Source: Mayamaea pseudoterrestris
Taxonomy: Eukaryota
Direction: 5' to 3'
Assembly: GCA_027923505.1 (NCBI GenBank)
Contig: BROI01000024.1
Span: forward strand, 124,001 to 188,000
Length of the DNA stretch: 64,000 bases
Part shown: positions 35,316 through 46,500 of the stretch, one piece after another
Numbering within the stretch: the stretch's first letter is position 1
Layout: each line of letters starts with the position of its first letter
Position numbers and translations under genes: made by a program
Notes under the pieces: model-generated
The model's input: only the letters and a program-made list of their open reading frames with translations
The model's database searches: none
Told to the model about the DNA's origin: nothing

Positions 35316-37520
35316 ATGTCCACAGCAAGCCGACGGAGCAGCGCCTCGGCATCATCATCATGGCTTGGCTCAGTTTTGGGAATAGTTTTGGTTGCCCTCT
35401 TGCTTGCGGCAGCCATTGACTCTTCCAAACTGAAATTCTCGCAGTCCTTCACTTTGCCGTCGCATGCTACTAGTCATCAAACCCTCCTCGCATCCGGCAT
35501 TGATTTAAAATCAGCCAAGGAAGACGGAAGAATTGACGATGATATTACTAGAGACGACGCCTGCCGTAACTACTTGATGAACTTTTTGAATGGAACGACT
35601 GACTTTAAAGATGAATGTACAGCCATGAATAAGGCTTACCAGGTTGCAGATTGCAAGGACTACTCGCAGGATGCAACAATGACAAGTAGTATATTTAGTA
35701 ACCAACATGATACACTCACCAAGAATTCAACGGAGAATGACGACAAGTTAATCGATGACGCCTTTGAAAACTGGGAATGCTGCTCCAACATTAACGACTA
35801 CTATGGCAAGCACTGTCGACAGGATCAGTCGCTTGATGCAGTCAAATTGCTTGGCATTGTGTCCGTTTTGGTGGTTTGCGGATTGATAAAAACGCTCATT
35901 CGAAAGTTACCAAAGCTGCAGTGGGTTCCCGATGCAGCAGCCTGCATCGTCGTGGGTGCGCTGGTGGGAGGATTGCTGCGACTAATTGGCGGCCACGAGC
36001 TTACGAACAAATTGGCCTTTGACAATAACTTGTTTCTGCACATTTTGCTGCCGCCAATTATATTTCAAGCAAGCTTGACGATTGACAAGACGGCCTTTCG
36101 GCGCGACTTGTTTCCCATTTTGACGTTTGCCGTCTTTGGAACCTTTTTTAGTGCCGCCGCCATTGGATACACGACGCACTACCTTTCGTCGCTGCCTCTG
36201 CTTGACTCGCTCCTCTTTGGTGCACTCATGTCGTCGATTGATCCAGTGGCGACGCTGGGGATATTGTCAAACGTTGGAGTAAGTCATCATGATACGCTTT
36301 ATACGCTGGTGTTTGGAGAGTCACTCTTGAATGATGGCGTATCCATTGTGCTGTTTGACTCGCTGCTTCGACACATGGGCAGTACAACTGTTGTCGACGA
36401 CGCGACTGTAGCAAATACCTTGGTAAACTTTGTCATTGTGGCGGGCGGATCCATATTCATTGGCTGCCTCTGTGGCGCTGCTTCGACCTTGTACTTTTGG
36501 CTGCTTCACAAGATGCACTCGGCCGTGACGGAGGTGGGCTTGTTCTTTGCGTGGGCGTTCATTCCTTACTACATTGCCGACGGAGCCGGCATGTCTGGCA
36601 TAATCAGCATTATGGTCATGGGATTTGTAATGGATTACTTTATTGTTGGTGGCCACATGAGCGAGGAAGGCGAATGGATGGAATACACGGAGCTATCGTC
36701 GCATGACGAGCATGGCATACATCGATCCAGCCACCCCGTGGCACCATTGTTCGATCGATTTGTCGCAACATGTCGAAAGGCCTTTTCAGGCCACGGTCTG
36801 CTGCTTTCCAAGTCTCGGCATCATGTTGGTTTTGTTGCAGAAGTCATTTCTTCGTTAATGGAGACGGCGATTTTTGCGTACCTCGGCTTGTTTCTGTTCA
36901 ACGATCGAGTATTTGACGTCAAGGCCACATTTGCTGGGCTATTTGCATGCGTTTCGAGCCGAGCTTTAATGGTGCTTGGACTGAGTCTGTTGGTGAACGC
37001 ATTCGTCTGGATGGATGCTGAAGTCCTGCTGGGTCGCTGGTGGCGTCGATTATGCCAACGATCGCCATCTGCCAGACATGGACTTGATCCTTTGCTGTCG
37101 CCCACAACTCGTGTCGACGATGATTCAGACTACAGCGAAACGAAGAATTATTTGGACGTCAAGACTCAGCTCATTTTATTCTCTGCCGGTGTGCGTGGCG
37201 CTGTAAGTTACGCGCTGGTGCAGAACATTCCGGTGTTTGACGCGGTGACTGAGACTGGATCGCATTACAAGGCAGAGCTGCGTTCTATGACGTCTTGTGC
37301 GATTGTCCTGCTCATGTTTGCCTTTGGCGGATTGACTTATTTTACAATGAAAAGGGATGTGGCGCTATCACTTTCGCGGCATGGTGGAGCAACACGTCGG
37401 TTGTTAAGCTCGGGATTATCGTCGGAACCGGGCTCACCTTACGAAGAGTCGGAATATGACTACAACTCCTCGATTGAACAGTTTGAAATCGACGGACGGA
37501 GTCCTCAAACAAATCGGTAA
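35316..37520 (+). CDS. Na+(K+)/H+ antiporter, CPA1 NHX/NHE family
   Basis: LLPPIIF, FGALMSSIDPVATL, LVFGESLLNDGVSIVLF, ETAIFAYLG, AGVRGAVSYAL; many TM segments. Confidence 0.93.
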   Translation: MSTASRRSSASASSSWLGSVLGIVLVALLLAAAIDSSKLKFSQSFTLPSHATSHQTLLASGIDLKSAKEDGRIDDDITRDDACRNYLMNFLNGTTDFKDECTAMNKAYQVADCKDYSQDATMTSSIFSNQHDTLTKNSTENDDKLIDDAFENWECCSNINDYYGKHCRQDQSLDAVKLLGIVSVLVVCGLIKTLIRKLPKLQWVPDAAACIVVGALVGGLLRLIGGHELTNKLAFDNNLFLHILLPPIIFQASLTIDKTAFRRDLFPILTFAVFGTFFSAAAIGYTTHYLSSLPLLDSLLFGALMSSIDPVATLGILSNVGVSHHDTLYTLVFGESLLNDGVSIVLFDSLLRHMGSTTVVDDATVANTLVNFVIVAGGSIFIGCLCGAASTLYFWLLHKMHSAVTEVGLFFAWAFIPYYIADGAGMSGIISIMVMGFVMDYFIVGGHMSEEGEWMEYTELSSHDEHGIHRSSHPVAPLFDRFVATCRKAFSGHGLLLSKSRHHVGFVAEVISSLMETAIFAYLGLFLFNDRVFDVKATFAGLFACVSSRALMVLGLSLLVNAFVWMDAEVLLGRWWRRLCQRSPSARHGLDPLLSPTTRVDDDSDYSETKNYLDVKTQLILFSAGVRGAVSYALVQNIPVFDAVTETGSHYKAELRSMTSCAIVLLMFAFGGLTYFTMKRDVALSLSRHGGATRRLLSSGLSSEPGSPYEESEYDYNSSIEQFEIDGRSPQTNR

Positions 37521-37576
37521 AACTTACATGCGTACTGCATACGACACACATTTTTATGTTTAAAAAGTTAGTAATC

Positions 37577-39922
37577 TTACTTTGCATCCTTGCCATCGCC
37601 AAGCTCCTCATAACCTGGCATAATCTTACCCATGGGCACCTGAAGAATTTTACGCATCGCAGGTACATCCGCCTTCTTCTTAGCTTTCTCATAAAGGCGA
37701 GCATCCTTCTTACTGACAGTCGCTCCCCAAAAGTTCACCGTCGCGTCCTTGTACTTGTCGCCGGCGGCGTTAGCATTGCCTCCCGCCTTTTCAAGAAGCT
37801 CGTCGTGGTCGAGTTCTTTCTCAAACTTCTTTTTACGAGCAACAGCCTTCATTTCGCGAGCATCCGATGAACCTTGGATGAAAAGCCTTCCTCCATCAAC
37901 ATGCCACTCCTCCCTGCAAACCGAAGAGTAGAACTCCTTGTTATGACTAATCATCAAGACTGCTCCACCCCAGTTGTTCAAACCCGCCGAAAGCGCACCA
38001 AGTGCTTCACGATCCAAAAAGTTGGTCGGTTCGTCCATGATCAGTAGATGCGGAATCGTCCAAAAGGCAGCAGCAATGACAAGCTTCACCTTTTGCCCGC
38101 CCGACAAACCGCGAATCTTGCCGTAGGTACCGAACTCTTGCGGCAAGCCAAAGTCATCGAGATGCTTCTGAATCTCCGAGGTTGTTACGGGACGTAAGTC
38201 AAGGCCAGCTTCCTTTGATGCAATCTTTTCATCCGTCTGCTTGATTAGGCGCTCAAAACCAAGCAACAGCAGCTCCTCTCGAGTGTAGTACTTGTTATCC
38301 TTTTCTCGAACATTTCTCTTCTTGACCTCGTACTCCAAAACACCAGCCCTCAAGCGTCTGCTCCAAATGCCTTCAATTCCAAACTCGTCAATGGCAGCTT
38401 GCTCCTCGGGTGTAATGCGGTAGGCCTCACTCTCCATCTTTTCGCGATCGTAGCCATCTTTGAAGCGCCACTGAATGTAAGCAACGGGGCTATCCTCCAT
38501 GTGCTGTTCCACGTGCGAAAAGGCGTGCTGGGCAACGTATGCAACGCGCAAGTTTGGGTGAACCGTGTGACGGCAGATTCCTGGGTTGCTTGGAAGAGTT
38601 TCACCAACAATCATGCGAATGAGCGTCGACTTTCCAGCACCTGATTGTAAAGAAACAATATGTGAATAATTATAGCCGCACAAGGACGTTTACGAATGTC
38701 GCCTACCCTGTAGTCAGTGTTAAAAGTGTAACGTACCATTTGCTCCCAAGACGACAATGCGCGACGAAAGCGTCATTTTTAAATTAATATCCGTCAAAGT
38801 ATTTTCCTTGGCTCCGGCGTACTTGAAATCAACGTGCTCCATCTCTAGGAACTTTTGCGTCGACGTTCTGACACCCTCCAAACGACCAGGCTCCGGAAAG
38901 TTAAAGTTCAAATTATCCGTGGTGGCTAGCTCAAAGTAATGCTTGGCTTGTGGCTGAAGCTTGACAAAATCACTCATCTTGCCCTTGTAATGAACAAGTC
39001 GGCGATACGGACCCCAAATGGGGCGCTGCTCGTAGTGAATGACATCGGAGACCACATTTTCCAAAAAGGTCGTGTCGTGAGAAACGATCAAAACCGTTTG
39101 ATGCGTCAATCCAATGAGGTAGTTTGTAATCCATTCAACAGCCGCTGATGAAAGATGATTTGTAGGCTCATCCAAAAGATAAATGTCAGGCTCCATCAAT
39201 ACCGCTCGTACAAGTCGCAACTTCATTTGCCAACCACCCGACAAGGCGCCAATCGTTCCTTCCGCCATGGTTTCCGTGAAATCAAGCTCCATGAGCTTGG
39301 CCACACATTCCTCCTTTGACTTGCCAGTGTCGCGCTGCAAATGCTCCAACACATTCTGGGCGTCATAGGCTGGATCAACGTTACTTCCCGAATCAACATA
39401 GGCAGTCTTTAAATGTCGTGGCCAACCGTCGAGTTTGTTGTTGCAAATGGCACTCATCAACGTGGTCTTTCCAACTCCATTCTGGCCGACCAACGCGTAG
39501 CGACGGCCACGCAGCAATCGCATCTTGGTCTTGTGCAACAAAATCTTGCCTCCGTACGCCAAGTTGAAGCGAAGGTCGCAAAGTTCTTCCACATCCTCAT
39601 CTTCGGGGTCGCCGTACGAGTCATTGTCGTCCTCGTCTGTCAATGCCTTTTGAGCGGCCAAGCAAAAGTTGAAAATGACATTGTCCTCCTCCTCAGACTC
39701 CTTGCCTTCTGCCTCTAGAGCAGCAGGCAAGTAGTCAGTCATGTACGGCGCCATGGTTTCCTGCCAGACGACCGGATCAAAGTTGTTTTGCGAAGCCAGC
39801 CCCTTGGCAAGCAAGGCCAAGTAGGTGATAATGTGATCATTGTCAGAGTCCTGCGTCAAGCGCTCGGGCAATGTTTCGCGGACCAAGTCGACAATCTCGT
39901 CGGGGGCTTCCAGGAGTGGCAT
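37577..39922 (-). CDS. eEF3-like/ABC-F double-ABC ATPase; exons 39922-38737 and 38640-37577
   Basis: ABC1 GQNGVGKTT/LSGGW/LDEPTNHL. ABC2 GANG|AGKST (rebuilt by intron 38641-38736)/LSGGQK/MDEPTNFLD. eEF3-type LAYGGKILL, HPNLRVAYVAQHAF, YIQWRF..G.DRE and a chromodomain-like insert. No TM segments. Confidence 0.88.
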
Positions 39923-40271
39923 GATACGGTGATGGTAGTTAATCGGTTGTCAGAAGCTTGTAAATAAATGAACAAACAATGCAATGCAGGCAATATTGTG
40001 ATAAAAGCACTTCAGGCCACGATGAATTGTGCAAGGTCATGCAATGGAACGAATGACGACGCACGAAAGGAAAAAGTTTGTTGGCCACCAGGAGGCGAGT
40101 ACCGCTACGATGTCAAAGCAGATAGGTGACGTCATGTTCGGGGGTATGTGGGGGGCTGAAGCCGACCGTGGAAATTGGAAATCACCATGGAGAAACAATT
40201 TTTGCGCTTTCACGTGATACGAGCCTCGTCGTTTCGACAAGTCGTTCCTTCACAAGCATTCACTAGTAGGC

Positions 40272-41009
40272 ATGTCTCACTACGCCGGCAATTCAGGCAT
40301 TCGAACTCGGGTAGCAACAAAAGTCTGGCTGCATGTGTACGACCTTTCGCAAGCCAATGACTACCTTTGGCACGCTGGCTTTGGCATTCACCATTCGGGT
40401 ATCGAAGTTTCGGGCATTGAATATACGTATGGAGCTGGTATATACGAGTCTAATACGCCAACCATTGTTCCGAATGCAAAGCATCGAGAGCGGATTGAGC
40501 TTGGGAGTTTCGATGGAGGGTCGGACCGATTGAAGCAAGCGATTGACGAGTTACGAGATACGTTTGGACCAGACGACTACAATGTTTTGAAACGCAACTG
40601 CAACCACTTTTGCAATGATCTGTCATGGAAGCTGCTGCAGCGCAAGATCCCAGGATATGTGAATCGACTGAGCGACGTTGCAATGTGCTTGAGCTGCTTG
40701 ATTCCGAAGAAATTTCTTGAGCCTGTTCGCGAGAGTGATTTAGCTAATCAAGACAAGAATGGTGCTAATTTTGGTATTGTCAAAACGTCTTCGATCGCTG
40801 CATTCTCGGGAGCAGGACGGTCGCTTGCGGATGCTACTACGTCGTCGCCATCGGAACGCAATGGTCTGCTTCACAGAACATTTAGCAGCGGAGGAGCAAC
40901 TACTACTAGCAGCCAAGACATAATGGAACGACGAGAGCTGATGCGCAAGGCTGCGTTGGCGAGATTGGAGTTGAATAAAGCGCAAGTGCAGGAGGACAAG
41001 CAGTCGTAA
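40272..41009 (+). CDS. PPPDE/DeSI family deSUMOylating/deubiquitinating isopeptidase
   Basis: VWLHVYDL, GIHHSGIEV..IEYTYG, YNVLKRNCNHF, IPGYVNRL. Confidence 0.93.
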   Translation: MSHYAGNSGIRTRVATKVWLHVYDLSQANDYLWHAGFGIHHSGIEVSGIEYTYGAGIYESNTPTIVPNAKHRERIELGSFDGGSDRLKQAIDELRDTFGPDDYNVLKRNCNHFCNDLSWKLLQRKIPGYVNRLSDVAMCLSCLIPKKFLEPVRESDLANQDKNGANFGIVKTSSIAAFSGAGRSLADATTSSPSERNGLLHRTFSSGGATTTSSQDIMERRELMRKAALARLELNKAQVQEDKQS

Positions 41010-41386
41010 TCAAGTTGTGTGCGTGGCTTTCGTGTGGCCTGCATTTGCGGCAGCACGCTATTGAACTGGAGCTTGCGAGCGCAGTATCCCAAGTGTCGGC
41101 AATGCGGCCTTATGCTGCTCCAGGATCGTCTTTATAAATCGGGAAAAGCTGAAGTTCAAGAATTCTTTTATATTCGTGTGCTTGTCGCTTGTGGCCGCTC
41201 ATGGACCGGTGGAAAGGTTACGAACTCTTATATATTGCGAATAAAATCCTCTGATAACATTCGCAGCCAACTGAGGGACCCACCGGGCCTTGCACCTTGT
41301 AGCGCAACGTACATAGCATTGTTCTTGAGCGTTTGTATCTGGGTATTGCATCTTGTAGCGTAGCCTGCATAGTGTTGTCAGCATCG

Positions 41387-42433
41387 TTACATCTTGGCTT
41401 TTTTCGTGCTAGGCTCTGATGACTTGGAGGCATTCAAGTCGTCCAGCGCATTCAACGAAACACCGACTCCCATGAGCATTGTTGACGCGAAACATACATT
41501 TTCCTTCTCCTCGCCCAAATCAACATTCTTGGCTGCCAGCTGCCCCAAGGTAAAAATGGTATCCTGCAAACAACTCTGGGCGGCTTCATAGTAGCCCTTG
41601 GCGTAGGATATTCGCTCGCCTTTTGGCACAAGCACTGTCTTGGTTTCCGTCGTTACCAAGGCGCCATCGTCTGGACACGCCAGTAGTGTTTCGGCAATCA
41701 ACACATTGTCCTCGGTAACCTTTCGAAGACATTTCAAAAGCTCGAGGGAAGGCGTTGGCTCCGCCGCTGCGGCTGACGATTCCGCCGTAGGTAGCAGTTC
41801 CTGCAAGGCATCTTCGTGAAACTTGAGCGCCTGCAATTGGACATCCACAGCGTCAGCGTAGCGCTTACACTCTAACAGCACGTCTCCCAAGTGATTGAAC
41901 ATGCGTGGCATTTGCTCGAGTATGAAATTTCGGAATGGAACGATCTTGTCATCTTCGTCGGCAATGGCGGCATCGTAAATAGCCCAGGCAGTCTCCAGCA
42001 TTTCCAGAGCGAGATTGAGATCGCTGCTGCTCGCTTCACTACTCGTCTCGTTGATTGCTGGAGCTGATGCAGCCGCTGTGTTGGATGATACAGGCGGCGG
42101 CTGCTGTTGGGAGGCTGTCTGGAGACGCTTCTCTGCAGCTTCAGCTACGGCACTTCGCTTTGTTTCTGGATCGACAGCAGCTGCCTTGTCATTTTCTGCA
42201 TCTTCTTCGTCTTCATTTTCTTCTCTCTCGACTTCATTTCGATATGCGCGAAAGAGTGCATTGCCATATTCGTGGTACAAGGGAGCAGTTTCCAACGAAT
42301 CCTCTCCATGCGACTCAACTGCCTGCACGAGCAGCGCTGCAAAAATATCCACAGCTTCCGCGGCGCGACTATTCATCACCAGCGTTCGGGCTACCTTGAA
42401 GCGAGGGTCGAGTGTGCCTTTTGGAGCTGACAT
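41387..42433 (-). CDS. NASP/Sim3-like SHNi-TPR histone chaperone-like protein
   Basis: HGEDSLETAPLYHEYGNALF, acidic insert, DLNLALEMLETAWAIY, LGDVLLE; basic C-terminal NLS-like PSTKKAKM. Confidence 0.72.
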   Translation of the reverse strand: MSAPKGTLDPRFKVARTLVMNSRAAEAVDIFAALLVQAVESHGEDSLETAPLYHEYGNALFRAYRNEVEREENEDEEDAENDKAAAVDPETKRSAVAEAAEKRLQTASQQQPPPVSSNTAAASAPAINETSSEASSSDLNLALEMLETAWAIYDAAIADEDDKIVPFRNFILEQMPRMFNHLGDVLLECKRYADAVDVQLQALKFHEDALQELLPTAESSAAAAEPTPSLELLKCLRKVTEDNVLIAETLLACPDDGALVTTETKTVLVPKGERISYAKGYYEAAQSCLQDTIFTLGQLAAKNVDLGEEKENVCFASTMLMGVGVSLNALDDLNASKSSEPSTKKAKM

Positions 42434-42617
42434 GGTGAATGCTTGTTAGTTGTGAGACGGCGTGGCGTGACTTTCGACAAAGATTCGATCGAAATGAGAC
42501 AGCTGTCGCACTGGTTCATCTGCGACATTGACACATCCACCGACGACGACACAAAATCGCGGCCAACAATTATTTGTTGACCATCAGTCGAAACAGCAAT
42601 ATACTTTAGTGGTGACA

Positions 42618-43231
42618 ATGGCAGACATGGACGAATACGGAGACGAGGAAGAAGAGAAAGAAGAGGATGATGATGGAATGCCGGAAGAAAACGATGATGA
42701 CGAGGAGGAGGAAGAAGATATTTTGGACATGGAGGACCAAGCACCACAGCAGGTCGACGCTTTGCTCATGCGCTTTTGTCCGCAAGATTCCAGCATGCTT
42801 TATCCTCAAGTACGTAGTTTTAATGGAAGTGATTGCTTTGATGATTCGCGTGACGGGTTTTCAGTCGAGCATCTGTTTCAATTCGCGCTCGAAAAGTCGA
42901 CTTGCTGACTCTTCATTCCTTCATTTCCATTACGCAGGAAGACAAACGAAACAAGATTTTACAATACGCATGTCGTCTATGCCAATACACGGAAGCTTGT
43001 CCAGACCAGCCCCTTGTCTATAGAAACGAGCGCAAGAAGGAGGTGGGAAACATTTTGCATACGGTTCCATCGGCTGTGAGTGACGATCCCACCTTGGCAC
43101 GAAGTCAGCGAGCGAACTGCGCCAATTGCGGTCACCATGAGGCAGTCTTTTTCCAGTCAGACTTGTCGCAATCCGACTCGCTGGCTTTGATTTTTGTGTG
43201 CTGCAACTGCGACTACAAGTGGGTGAATTGA
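42618..43231 (+). CDS. RPB9: RNA polymerase II subunit RPB9; exons 42618-42809 and 42938-43231
   Basis: MRFCPQDSSMLYPQ|EDKRNKILQYACRLC...DPTLAR...CANCGHHEAVFFQ...LIFVCCNC; intron GTACGT...CGCAG. Confidence 0.9.
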
Positions 43232-43547
43232 GGGTGGAGAGTCTCGTTTGGAAAGCAATTTTGCATATGTCTGTTGACTCATGAACGCTTATTAACCATA
43301 TGCTCTAGACTCTTGCTATTTTATAAAGGAATCTATGGTAGCTGTTTGTTTGCAAATGAAATGTTAGCGTCATCTGCATCGATATACCCTGCGCAAATAA
43401 TTTTGTTCGTGAAAAGTCTGTCACATCACCAATCGTCCGTCCATGCTCCGTTGAAAATTCAAAATAATGGTTGGATCTCGTTTCGTTCCGTGCGACGACC
43501 ATTCAAAACCTTGGTTGTCGAATTGTTCTTTGAGACAAAAAGTCACC

Positions 43548-46500
43548 ATGAAGAAGAACAAGCGGCAAGCCGAGGATAAATTAATGGAGGAAGCATCTGA
43601 CGAGGAGCCTGCCATGAATGTTGAGAATGACGGGGCCTTGGACAATGAGTCCGAAGGCGACGAAGACGACGACGAGCCCGTCAATGCACCTCATTCGACG
43701 AACAACGACGGCACCAATGCCTTTTTCGATAGCTTTTACGGTTTATCCTCATCTGATCCTCGAGAACGCTCCCAGGCTGCCAAGGAAATGCTGATGCATT
43801 GCTTGATTGGACCGTCCGCCAATGTCAAGGACGCATCGTATGCTTTGAAGCGACTCTTGAACGGCATTTGCAGTGGACGAGCGGCGGCTCGACAAGGAAA
43901 TGCATCGGGATTGGCAATGTTTTTGAAAGTGGCGTTAGCGCAAGGAACGCTAAAGGAGATTCAGTCGAATTCAACGGACGCGGAAGAGAAGCAAATGACA
44001 TTGTTAGCCTTTGTTCGACACAAGCTGCTGCTGGCGACGGAACCGAGCGTGGGAACACGCAAGGGATCGGAAGATCGCGACTACAAGTTTGGACGATTGT
44101 TTGGAATACTTGGCGTGGTTAAAAGTGGAGTCTTGCTTCCTGTTGCTGACGATCATGCAGAGCTTTCAGATATTTTGGAAGTGGCGACTGGTTTTGTCGA
44201 CGACCTTGTCGAACTATACGCTTACAAAAAGTGGATGAGAGAGCCAGTTGCCCATGCGATTGGAACGATACTTAGTTCCTTTTACAACATTGCACTAGAG
44301 GTTCCAGCAGCACAAACGATTGTTGATCAGCTAGTAAAGGATGTCATTGTTCCTAAATTGCTCACGGCAAGTGATCAGGCCGACGGCGGTTCAACCTCAA
44401 AGACGGCCGTGTTTTCGGCAGAGCAAGCTGCCATGGCGATTCATATTCAAGCCCACGCCAGTATCCATTCCGAGATGGTGTTAAAGTCTCTCGACTTGCC
44501 AGTCTTGACTCCACATACTGTTCAAACCATGGCAGCAGCGTTGGCCGAGACGAGCTCAGTTACGTACCCTCGCATTCATTTGTTTTGGGATGCCTTTATA
44601 TTCTATATTTCAGAGCCGACGGGTGCATCAGCGAGCGTTCAAGAGCGCAAGCTCCGCACTGTTTGCCCAGTTGGTGACGTGAGCCCCATCGACTTGATCC
44701 AAGCCGTTCTTAAACATGTGGTCATTGAGAATCTGCTTGGTCTCCGCGACGGTCAAGAAGAGACCAAGACGACCCACGAGCGAAGTGCACTGGGGCTTTG
44801 CATTGTCAGGAATCTTGCCGGAGTAGAGTTTTCATCCTCCATCACGGGATTGACGCGCATGGTACTTGATCCCGAGACGATGGAGCACGTGGTTCTGCAA
44901 CCTCAAATCGTCAAGCACTTGTTTTCGAAGGTACTATGCCATGGCGTCGGAGGCCGGAAGAACCAGTCGACACACCTATTGCGACCCTTAGCGCTTCAGA
45001 CGCTTGAGTCGTTGGCAGGATCGATTGATGATGACGACGATGCAACGGCGAGAAAGCTTGCCATTGTACGACCGTTATTGCGCTGCGACTCCAGGTTTGA
45101 TGCCAGCACAAAATCAGTTATTATCGACCAGATGGTGGTGATGAAGGGCGATCAAGTGGAAGTGCGCCCGCTTCTTTGGAGTCAATACCTAAAATTCCTC
45201 CAGTCGCAATTGCTGAAAGCTTCCTCCGACGAGCCAAAGTCGACCACTGCAATTTCACCGTACGAAGCGTATGGCTATGTCGACTTAATTTTCAATTTGG
45301 GCAAAACTCTTCTGCATTCAAACGCTGACACCAAGGAGAAAGCAGAGTTCAAGTCTGCCACGACCCGGTCCTTGCTGCTGTTTCTTTTGGCGGCATCATC
45401 ATTTGACTGCAGGGAGGCAAAGTCGTCTCCACCGTCGTCATCGAAGAAAAAGAAGACAAAAAAGGCGTCAAAGCAAAGCCCCGTCGTCGAAGTTGCATGT
45501 GCCATCAAGACGCAACTTGAAGGCAAGAGTCTTCCACCCTACCAACTGCGATGCAATCTGTCATCGCGTTTCTATTCTCTCGTCGCTGAAGCGGTTGCTG
45601 CTAGCATGCACTCAAAATCTGACAACAAAGAAAACGAGGCATCAGAGTTGCTATCCTACTTATGCGATGCCTGTCGCGACCTTGAAGCTGTAGCTGGCGC
45701 CGCGAGGTTGCATTCTGAAGATGATAGCGACCACGCGGCCCCACGCGCGATTTTGGATGCCATATACAAGGAAACACAGGACAGCAAGGATAGTTCCTCC
45801 GATATAAAAGCTCAGAGATTTGTCAACGCTTGCTCCATTCTTGGTTCGACACTTTACCTGCAGTTGCTTGATTGCGGCCCCGTGGATAATTTGGAAGAAG
45901 AAGATATTGAAGCCGATGCCGAAAACGACGCCGAAGAAGTTGGCGAATACATATCGGGACTTCATGAAGTGTGCAGTCTGGTTTTGAAAGACAGGAGCAA
46001 AGATAACGATCCTATGGTATCCATGTCTGATCTCTGTGCCGGTTTACTGTCGTCGCCGATTGCGTCGGGAAGCGAAAGCAAGAGTGGGTTTCCGCGGCTT
46101 CTTCGAGATGCTGTCAAGATGGTGTGGGTAAGCGCTCTCACTTTAAGAGCCGGATCGAAGGATAAGCTCCCGCTACAACCTGGTGTATACTCGATCTTGC
46201 TGCGATCCATTGGTGCCGAAGCGGAAGGTGACGCAATGGATGTCGACGAGGAGGAGAGTGATGAGGACGCAAGCGAGAGCGACGCAGGCACGGTGGGCGA
46301 ATCCGATGACTCGGGTGATGTGTTCTCACGAGCTGCTATGTTAGATGAGGTTGAACGAGGAAAGGGTAATCAGGAAAGACAGATTTCCGATGATGATGAC
46401 GGCTCGGAGGTTGGTATAAATCCTGACCGACTAAGATCCTTCCTCGAGGAAGATAGCGATGCCGATGTTGATGCAACAGAACTAGAGCATCACGAAGGTG

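Noticed and set aside
41010..41386. Spacer with short GC-rich hairpin potential and a repeated CTTGTAGCG motif; possible ncRNA or 114-aa ORF
   Set aside because: No recognisable RNA family or protein features; compatible with convergent 3' UTRs.
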